From: a virus
Taxonomy: Duplodnaviria; Caudoviricetes
Virus record (IMG/VR): IMGVR_UViG_3300004240_000026
Coordinates: 1 to 36,121 of that record
DNA length: 36,121 nucleotides
Strand: one strand, 5' to 3'
The translations under genes and the position numbers were made by a program. Shown here in pieces: positions 9,409 through 17,800 of the stretch (its first letter is position 1; each line of letters opens with the position of its first letter). Under the pieces are notes generated by a model. The model saw only the letters and a program-made list of their open reading frames with translations, was not told the origin of the DNA and ran no database searches.

Positions 9409-11318
9409 TGTCTGCTCTGCCAAGACTACCGGGTATACCCTCAATTTCCCCGGTTCAAGACACGACCATAGCAGCCATCCTTCGCCCAATGAAGGAAAGT
9501 ATAGAAATTCTTGGTGGGGCAATATCGGGTAATCCCTTACCTAATGGCACAACTATTAACAGCGGCCTTAATCCTGCCATCTCTCTTACGACCATTACCA
9601 ATGTCTATGACGGGGCTACAGATACTACCCCGCCCCCTACACCATCAGGGTTAACCATTAGTTCCGGTTTTACCAATATTCTTTTAAGCTGGACTGATCC
9701 TAACGTATCAGGCACGTTTCTCAATTATGCTTATACAGAAGTCTGGCGCTCGGTAGATAACGTACTTGCTAATGCAAAGTTACAAGGTTTTGCCCCTGGC
9801 GCAGTTTACTCAGACCCTGTCGGAACTAGCAAAAGTTTTTACTACTGGATTCGTTTTGTATCTCAAGCAGACATTGCTGGCCCATATAACAGCTCAGTTG
9901 GCACACTTGGCGGCACTGGTTTGGTTGGCGGAGTCGATCTTAGTGATTTAATCATCGATGCTACCAAGCTGGCAGCAGATGCGGTTGAGTCTGGCAAGAT
10001 TAAAGACTACGCAATCACGACAACTAAGATTGCCAACCTTGCCGTAGGTAATGCGGCTATTGCTAACTTGGCTGTCACAAATGCAAAGATCGGCAACCTT
10101 GCCGTTGACGATGCCAAAATATCAGACCTTGCCGTAAACAAGCTAACTGCTGGCTCCATAAACGTTGGGCAGTACATTCAGTCCACGGGGTTTTCTTCTG
10201 GCACAAACGGTTGGAAAATAGATGGTAACGGTTCTGCTGAGTTTGGCTCAGCCTCTATTCGCGGGCAACTAACAGCAAATCAGATTGATACCCGTGGACT
10301 AACTATTAAGGACATGTCCGGAAACGTTATTTTTGCAGCTGGTACTAACCTTGCATACAGCTTCATTAACGCAGACCCTGGATGGTTAAATTCAGCACTT
10401 GTGCCTAGTATTACAAACGCACAGAATACAGCTAATTCTGCAGCCTCGACAGCTAACTCTGCCTCAAGTACGGCAAATACTGCAAATACAAATGCAAGTA
10501 GCGCGTTGTCCCAGGTTGCCGGTAAGTTATCCAAAGCAGGTGACACCATTACCGGACGGGTTACGTTCTCTGTAGCTGACGGAATGTTCGCTGGGACAAA
10601 CACCAGTAACGGTGTGTACTTTGGTAGCACCGGTCTTATTGGACGTAAAGCGGGAGTTAATACTTTTTATATAGATACTGCCGGTGATGCAGTGTTTGGT
10701 GGTACTTTGTCAGCTGCCAAGGGGAGTTTTGAAGGCTCTATGGCTGTAGGCTCTAGCCCTACTTTGGTATCTGGGCCAAACATGACTGGGTCTGGTGCCA
10801 ACATTTACAGTAACGGTAGTTTTGTTCTTGGTAACGCCGCTACTAATATTTCGTTTAATGGTTCAACAATGAAGCTTAACGGTGACATTGTTAATACAAA
10901 CAGTATTCCACTGGGCGCTATTTCTACTACGGTCAGTGCCACGGGGGCTATTAACTTTACCTTTACAGGCAGTACGTCGACTTCAGTTACGACTGCCGCT
11001 ACCACGTTTCCCGTTGGTACGGTTATCAATTGCTTTTTTACAGCCGTTAAAGTTGATTTTGGTGCTGGAGATATTAATTTATTGCTAAACCTGCGGACGT
11101 CTGGCGGTACTTTAGTAGCTACATTCCTTGGTCAGTCTGGTTTAGAGGCCGTGCAAACCATGGGTCCTGGTGGGGATAAAGTGACTGCCACCTTTACTGG
11201 TACCTACGTCATTCCTTTTGACGGGTCGTTCGTAGTTGAAGCTTATATCTACAACGGGTACGGTAATTCTTGGACTTGTAAACACGCAGACTTAATTGTA
11301 TTGGCAAGCAAACGATGA
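9408..11318 (+). CDS. Tail fibre/host-specificity protein
   Basis: FN3-like segment (PPTPSGL...YTEVWRS...YYWIRFV), decapeptide KIANLAV repeats, GWKIDGNGSAEF motif and an Ala/Asn/Thr coiled segment. Confidence 0.8.
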   Translation: MSALPRLPGIPSISPVQDTTIAAILRPMKESIEILGGAISGNPLPNGTTINSGLNPAISLTTITNVYDGATDTTPPPTPSGLTISSGFTNILLSWTDPNVSGTFLNYAYTEVWRSVDNVLANAKLQGFAPGAVYSDPVGTSKSFYYWIRFVSQADIAGPYNSSVGTLGGTGLVGGVDLSDLIIDATKLAADAVESGKIKDYAITTTKIANLAVGNAAIANLAVTNAKIGNLAVDDAKISDLAVNKLTAGSINVGQYIQSTGFSSGTNGWKIDGNGSAEFGSASIRGQLTANQIDTRGLTIKDMSGNVIFAAGTNLAYSFINADPGWLNSALVPSITNAQNTANSAASTANSASSTANTANTNASSALSQVAGKLSKAGDTITGRVTFSVADGMFAGTNTSNGVYFGSTGLIGRKAGVNTFYIDTAGDAVFGGTLSAAKGSFEGSMAVGSSPTLVSGPNMTGSGANIYSNGSFVLGNAATNISFNGSTMKLNGDIVNTNSIPLGAISTTVSATGAINFTFTGSTSTSVTTAATTFPVGTVINCFFTAVKVDFGAGDINLLLNLRTSGGTLVATFLGQSGLEAVQTMGPGGDKVTATFTGTYVIPFDGSFVVEAYIYNGYGNSWTCKHADLIVLASKR

Positions 11319-11737
11319 TCTTCTACGCTTACTACACCAGCCAAGGGCGGTATGTCCAAACGGGCACTGCTGTGACCGAGGTTTCCAATTTTGATATTCC
11401 TGCGGGGTGTTCTGTGTACTACGGGGTAGCAGACGCTGGCACACAGTACCATGATGCGGCCACAAACTCCCCTGTTAATAAGGGTATGCCGCCTGCTGAT
11501 GGGTATGACTTTGACTATGCTACAAAGACTTGGCAGCCTAATTTGGCGAACCTTGGCGCTGCTGTACGTTATAAACGTGACCAGTTATTGCAGGCCAGCG
11601 ATTGGACTCAGATACCCAATAACCCCTTAGTTGCTGAACAGCAAACCGTTTGGGCTACATATCGACAAGAATTACGTGACATTCCTGCGCAATCTGGTTA
11701 TCCTATAAATGTAGTTTGGCCAACTCCACCTGCGTAA
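11315..11737 (+). CDS. Tail fibre assembly chaperone
   Basis: C-terminal R.KRDQLL..SDWTQ.P......W..YRQ.LRDIP.Q.GYP..V.WP..P signature. Confidence 0.88.
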   Translation: MIFYAYYTSQGRYVQTGTAVTEVSNFDIPAGCSVYYGVADAGTQYHDAATNSPVNKGMPPADGYDFDYATKTWQPNLANLGAAVRYKRDQLLQASDWTQIPNNPLVAEQQTVWATYRQELRDIPAQSGYPINVVWPTPPA

Positions 11738-11740
11738 AAG

Positions 11741-11769
11741 TTACATTTTTTGCATAAACAAGGTAAGAT
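11741..11769 (+). promoter_or_regulatory. Putative sigma-70 promoter (TTACAT-17-TAAGAT) ahead of the ejection-protein block
   Basis: Lies in the only gap in this part of the late arm; 17-bp spacer; ATG follows 8 nt after the -10. Confidence 0.4.
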
Positions 11770-11777
11770 ACAGCCCC

Positions 11778-12230
11778 ATGAGTAACCATACACTTCAGCC
11801 GTTAGCCGCATGGATAACTGAGTCTGTAAAAGACCCAGAAGTACTGGAGTTTTTGACGCTGGTTTACAACGCAATTGAGGCATGGGACGATATTGTCGAC
11901 AAGGACAACCGTATCTCTGTGGATGATATCCACAACGTGTTCACTCAACTGCTGATTAAGTTACCTGCTAATCAGTTCTATCAGCACAACTATGCCGCCT
12001 TAGCTGGTATGTTGGTTGTTGTTATTACAGCATGGCACACATCAAATGCAATTAATGAAACAGCTGAAGGCAAAGCGCACGGCTACACGTTGCGCAAAGA
12101 GTTTATTAACTTGGTAGTGCTATGTGTTGCCATGACTGGCAGTATTGCAGATGCACGCAAAGCGTCATTGTTGGGGTGGACATGTTCTGCAGCCAACGAT
12201 TCTTTTGACGAATTTATAAGGGGCGAATAA
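11778..12230 (+). CDS. All-helical protein with a DDxxD motif (isoprenoid-synthase-like?)
   Basis: WDDIVDKD at the end of a predicted helix; TAATG coupling to the next gene. Confidence 0.55.
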   Translation: MSNHTLQPLAAWITESVKDPEVLEFLTLVYNAIEAWDDIVDKDNRISVDDIHNVFTQLLIKLPANQFYQHNYAALAGMLVVVITAWHTSNAINETAEGKAHGYTLRKEFINLVVLCVAMTGSIADARKASLLGWTCSAANDSFDEFIRGE

Positions 12231-13255
12231 TGGGATGGCTTGGCGGAGGTACAGCACCTGCACCTGATCCTGCTATTGGGCAGGCACAGAAACAATTGGC
12301 GGACTTGTCCACTGAACAGTGGAACACGTTTAAAACAGATATCTATCCTACATTGCTTGCGCAGTCCAAGAAAGCGGAATCACGCGCTGACGAACAGTGG
12401 GCAATGGATAAACGAATTGCTACATTTAATTTAGATCAAGCTGAAACAGCTGTAAAACGATACGAAGAAGGCGCTATTCCAGCAATGGCGGCATTAAAGA
12501 AAGATGCTGACTTATACAACACTGCTGGTTATCAAGAGCAGATGGCTGGTCAAGCGGTTGGAGATATTGCTGCTGCACAAGAAAACGCCCGCCAAGGGCA
12601 GATGATGCAAGACCGTGCGTATGGAATTGACCCAACGTCTGGTCGTTCTGGTATGGGCGGTAACGCCAACAACGTGCAGTTTGCTTTGGCTAAAGCCAGT
12701 GCTGCTACTCAAACGCGTGAAGCTGCCAAACAACTCGGACTCCAGAAGCAAGCCAACGTGTTTAACATGTACTCGGGTTTACCCGCACAAGCTAACATGC
12801 AAACTAATACTGCATTGGCTGCAAGCGATCAGGGCACACGAGTTACTAATGCTGCGCAAAATGCTACAGCTGGTGTAGGCGGTTCTCTTACAAATGCTGC
12901 TAACTCAGCCGCAAGCGGATGGGGTACAGTGGGTAACTTGGGCGTTAATAAATATCAAGCTGATATCAGCCGTTACAACTCTGAGTCTGCAAACAACCCA
13001 TGGAATATGGTGCTTGGTGCTGCTGCTGGTGTTGCAACCTCAAAAGCTATGGGCTCTGATCGTCGCCTTAAAACAGACATTAGACAAGTTGGTACTTTAG
13101 ACAACGGGCTACCTGTATACAGCTATCGATATAAAGCTGGCGGTCCTACAATGCTTGGTGTTATGGCTGATGAAGTGCAACTGGTTCGCCCTGAAGCGTA
13201 TATTAAAAACGGTATCAACGGTAACTTTGATGCTGTTGACTACGCAAAATTGTAA
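12230..13255 (+). CDS. Putative ejection/pilot protein with C-terminal intramolecular chaperone (peptidase S74-like) domain
   Basis: Ala/Gln/Gly-rich helical body; C-terminal SDRRLK.DI...G....Y.Y.Y.......GVMA.EV....P........VDY..L. Confidence 0.75.
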   Translation: MGWLGGGTAPAPDPAIGQAQKQLADLSTEQWNTFKTDIYPTLLAQSKKAESRADEQWAMDKRIATFNLDQAETAVKRYEEGAIPAMAALKKDADLYNTAGYQEQMAGQAVGDIAAAQENARQGQMMQDRAYGIDPTSGRSGMGGNANNVQFALAKASAATQTREAAKQLGLQKQANVFNMYSGLPAQANMQTNTALAASDQGTRVTNAAQNATAGVGGSLTNAANSAASGWGTVGNLGVNKYQADISRYNSESANNPWNMVLGAAAGVATSKAMGSDRRLKTDIRQVGTLDNGLPVYSYRYKAGGPTMLGVMADEVQLVRPEAYIKNGINGNFDAVDYAKL

Positions 13256-13266
13256 GGAGTAAAAGT

Positions 13267-14805
13267 ATGGCAAGTTCATTTGCACAAGGTTTCCGCATGG
13301 GCGGAGATATGTACAGTTCAGCAGAGCGTATGAAACTTGCTCAAGAACAGCAGGAATGGGCTCGTGAAGAGGCTTTAGCCAAACGCGGTGAGCGCCAACG
13401 CGAAGCGGATATCCGTACTGCTGGCATTGAGACATACGGTCGTGTAGGTCAGCCTTCTGCGTTTATGACTGCTGGTGGGGCAATGGGTCCTGCCCAGCCC
13501 ACCGAAGCACAAAACCGTTTAGCCGATGATGAGTATTACCGCAACATGGGTGGTCGTCAAAGTCAAGCAGTAGAAGAAAATTTAGGTGTAGCGCTTCCAA
13601 AAGGTGATGCTGCTAAGATGTTTCCTAAACAGGAAATGTACACGCAAGAACAAGCTGATAAAGATTATTTAAGACGTTTGCGCGGACTTGATGTTGGTAA
13701 AGCTCAGCAGTTTGAAAAGGGTGCATTAGAGCTTGGCGAACTTAATCGCGCTGCACGCTACTCAAAAAACCAAGAGCTTGCCCTTGGGTTTAACAATTCA
13801 GTGATTCAAGATTTAACTGAAGCCAATGGTGACGCTGCGTCTGTTATTGAAAAACGGTTTATCCCTTTGTACAACGCCGATAAGCTAGATGGTTTTAAAG
13901 ACGGTGGTCGAGCAAAGATTGTCCCTAGTGCTGTAGGCGGCGATAAAAGTATTGTTATCACGTACAAAGACGGTAAACAAGAAACAATGCCTGCCGACAT
14001 GAAGACTCTGCAAGAGTTAACTAATTACACTCAAGACAAAATGATGCGGTCTTCGACTCCAGAGAACTACTGGAAAGCCAAGACACAGGCACTTGAAGAA
14101 CGCAAAACAGCGGCTACTGAATCATCTGCTGCATCGTCTGCTATTTCTGCTGGTGCCACTGCGCAAAATGCCGCTACAAACGCTAAACAATTAGATGCAC
14201 AAATTAAAGCTGGTTTGTTTGAAGCCCAAGCTGGCCAAGCCCGTGCAAGTGCTGCTTCATCTACAGCTCATGCTGCTGTGTATCGAAACATGGCTGAGTT
14301 GTACAAATCAAACAAAGAAGCCGGTGAAGCAGTTAAACCATATTTGGCTAGATATGAAGCATTGACTGATAAAGAAAGAGATGGCCCTGCAGGACAACGT
14401 ATCTTGGAAGAAGGCGCTTTAGCTGCTGCTAAGAAGTCAACTGACGTTACAGCGCTTATTAATACTCTGAAGAAAGCTGACAAGTCCCAAGCACCTGAGA
14501 TTGACCCAAAGCTTAAAGAGGCTGCATACAAAGAATACTCAGAAGCTGGAACTGACCCCAAGGCATTGGCAGCTATTAAAGCTAAGTACCCCGGTGTGTT
14601 TGGTCAATCCGCGCTAGATAAAGCTCTATCCGGAAAAGCAGCACCAACTGAAACTGCTGTTGAAGGTCGTCCGTTCTACAACAAAACCAATGATGAATTG
14701 CTGCGTATGACCAAGCGTGCAATTGGAACAAGTACTTCTGAAGCACGTGAAGCCCAAGCTGAGCTGGATGCTCGCAAGGGTGAATCACGTATGAAAGCAT
14801 TTTAA
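13267..14805 (+). CDS. Putative ejection (internal virion) protein
   Basis: AAGGAG SD; Ala/Lys/Glu-rich helical protein starting SFAQGF..G; middle gene of the small-medium-giant triplet typical of podoviruses. Confidence 0.65.
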   Translation: MASSFAQGFRMGGDMYSSAERMKLAQEQQEWAREEALAKRGERQREADIRTAGIETYGRVGQPSAFMTAGGAMGPAQPTEAQNRLADDEYYRNMGGRQSQAVEENLGVALPKGDAAKMFPKQEMYTQEQADKDYLRRLRGLDVGKAQQFEKGALELGELNRAARYSKNQELALGFNNSVIQDLTEANGDAASVIEKRFIPLYNADKLDGFKDGGRAKIVPSAVGGDKSIVITYKDGKQETMPADMKTLQELTNYTQDKMMRSSTPENYWKAKTQALEERKTAATESSAASSAISAGATAQNAATNAKQLDAQIKAGLFEAQAGQARASAASSTAHAAVYRNMAELYKSNKEAGEAVKPYLARYEALTDKERDGPAGQRILEEGALAAAKKSTDVTALINTLKKADKSQAPEIDPKLKEAAYKEYSEAGTDPKALAAIKAKYPGVFGQSALDKALSGKAAPTETAVEGRPFYNKTNDELLRMTKRAIGTSTSEAREAQAELDARKGESRMKAF

Positions 14806-14816
14806 GGTAGTACAAC

Positions 14817-17800
14817 ATGGCGACACTTGAACAGCTTCGGGCATATTTCCCTACTGCTGAGTCCGACTCGGACGTCATTAAGTTGGCGTCTAAACAATTC
14901 GGAATTGATCCAGTTGAAATTGCCAACGAAGTTGGGTTTAAGTTTAATAAACCTGGGTTTTTTTCTGACATCAAGCGTGGAACTGGTCAAGCTATTGGCG
15001 CAATTGGCTCCACTGCTCGTGACCTTGGATTGCCTAATGTTGGTAAAGCTGTAGAAGGCTACGGTGAAGATGTTGCGTACCGCAACCCATCGCAGATCAA
15101 TACTGTAGGTGAAGCCATTCGTAGTCCGCTGACTACCATTCGTGAATCTGTTGGTGAAATTATTCCGCAGGTTGGTACGGCAGTCGGTGCTGGTATGGCT
15201 GGTCGTTTTGTTGGTGGTGCTATTGGTTCTCTCGCCGGTCCTGGTGGTACTATTGCAGGTCAAGCCATTGGTGGTGCTGCAGGCACATACCTTGGTAACT
15301 TAGCCCAGTCCTATGGTGGTATCCGTGCTGAACAGCGTGAGCAAGGTATTGAAGATAAAGGCCGCGCAGGTACTGCCGCTGCAGGCTCTGCTTTTCTAGA
15401 CACAGCATTTGGTGCTGAACGAATTGCCAACAAGTTTTTATCTAAAGGTTCTGATATCCTGGCTCGGGAAGCCGGAACCAGCTTGTTAAAGAACGTTGGT
15501 AAGCAAACCGCTATTGGTATTGGAACTGAATCATTGACCGAGGGTGCACAGACTGGCATAGAGCGCTACGGTGCATTTAAGCCATTGACTGGTGATGAAG
15601 CATACAATGAGTATGGCTTGTCCATGATTAAAGGCGGTATCGGCGGTGGTGTTGTCCGTGGTGGCTTAGCATCTATTGCAGGTGAGCGTGCACCTGAAGG
15701 CGGCAATGATATCCAACAGGCTTTTAGCCAGCCAAGCGTAAGCGGTACACCTACTACTAACGTTGTGCCCCCTGTAGCCCCTCCTGCACCTCCGGCAACA
15801 CCCCCAACAGTCCCTGCTGTAACAGGTGGTACAACAGATATTGCGCAGCAAACTCAAGCCGCTGCCGCTGAGAACCAACAAGTACAGGAAGCACAGCAAA
15901 AGTTAGTTAACCGCGAAGACGTGTTTGGTAAGGTTGCCACACAGTACGACCCTGCTAACCCAACATCACTAAACATCTTCGGTCAGAACATTGAAGGTCC
16001 ACGTGTTGCACCATTTGGTGATCGCTTTGCTGCAGTATTTAATACGTTGCCACCGCACGTTCAGCAAATTGCTCAGGCCATTACACAAGCAAACAACGCA
16101 TTTGCTACGCCTGAAAAGCCAAGCCCACTGGTCAGTTTTAATTTCAATGCCAACAACCCTGTGCCTTCAGCAGATAAAGCTGTTGCAGCTCTTGGCAAAG
16201 TGATGACCAAGTTCCAGATTGACCACGTTCAGTCATTGGATGAAGCCACTCAGATTCTCAACAAACTCTCGACGACTACCAAAGGTAATCAACTGGAGCA
16301 ACTCAACGCCATCTACGAAGCCCTGACAGGCCAAGATACAGATGGATTTACAGCAGCACAAACCGCAAAAGCGGAAAAAGGAGCTAAAGATGGAAAATTG
16401 CCTGTGCAAACAACTACCGGGCTGGGAGCAGTATCAGTCGAAGGCGGAGCAGGAGAAGCAAATGCAGCAGTCGATGGGAATGTACAACCCAGCGGAGTTC
16501 AATCCGTCGGGACAGGAAGTCTCCCTGCAGGATCGCTTGGCCTCCAAGTTGGACAGTCACCAGCAGAAGGAATACGGGATGGCACCGGTGCAGTATCCAA
16601 TGTTGTCGGTAGTAACGCGCCGTCGCAAGTAACAGGAGCTGCAAATGAACAAGCCAGCCAAGGCGCTTTGGGTGGCGGGCAAGCACCCGGTCAATCCCAG
16701 CAAGCCGGTCAACCCCTCGTGGATCAGCAATCTGTACAAAATGGCCCTCGCCAATACGACCCCCGCATCGGCTTCTACTCAACCGACCTCAGCCACATCT
16801 CGAGTGAACGGCGTGTCGAATTAATTTCCGACTTACTACTGCGTGTACTAGCACCACTGCAGAACCGTAAAAACACTGTACCCGCTGAGAAGCGAGCAGA
16901 GATTCTTCGCTTGGCTTTGCTTGAGCAATTCCGTCATGCAGACATTGCAGAGTACACCGGTCTTAAGGTAGACACTGTTGAAAAACAACTTGAGCGCATG
17001 GGCGTTAAGTTAGTTGATGGTGAATTCCAAGTCATCGACCCTGAATTTGCTGTACGGATTGTGGAAACAGCCACAGCGTATAGATCACCTGAGTTCCCTG
17101 ATGGCATTGGCCAAGGCGAATTGGCTGGTTTGTATAACACTCGTTACGAAGGTGACGAGCAATCTGCTGCATCATTAGCAGAAGAACTTGAAGCTGGCGA
17201 ACAAGAAGGTAAACCTGGGGCCAAACTGCAAGAAGAACTTGGCGGTAAAGAAGACAAAGAAGGTCAGACCATGGGCACGGTCGCCACTGCTGGTGGTAGT
17301 CAAGGTGCTGTTGATAGTGAAGGTACTGCCGCACTAGCCAAAATAGAAAAGCTGCAGGCTGCTGTAGACAAGAATCCGCAGGATAAAAAAGCAGTAACCG
17401 CCTTGGCAAATGCTTGGACAGCTTACGCAAAAAGCCAAAAAGAACGAGCAAATAAAGGCGAGAAGACTGTCAAACAAGAGTCTGAAGAAGAGGCAGACTT
17501 GACGGGCGAAGTTGTAGCTGAAGAACCAAAAGAAGAAACCGTCAACGAAGTTGAAGTAGCCAAGCGTAAGAAAGTTGTGGACGAGGCACGTGCCAAAGCT
17601 GCAGCCGATCGCAAAGGGCTAGACGTTGGTGACACAGTCATAAACCCCAAATTGGGTACCGGTAAAGTTTTAAGCTTTGCCGGTAATGGTGACGACACCA
17701 GAGTAACTGTCGAATTTCAAAGCGGGCAGACCAAAGAACTGCTTGTTAAATCTGCCAAACTGGAGAAAACGAATGCCGTTCAAAAGCCAAGCACAACGGA

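Noticed and set aside
10020-10150. Repeated AACCTTGCCGT/KIANLAV units
   Set aside because: Ordinary decapeptide fibre-shaft repeats, not an array.
9-11737. Diversity-generating retroelement acting on the fibre genes
   Set aside because: No reverse transcriptase and no template/variable repeat pair differing at adenines was seen.
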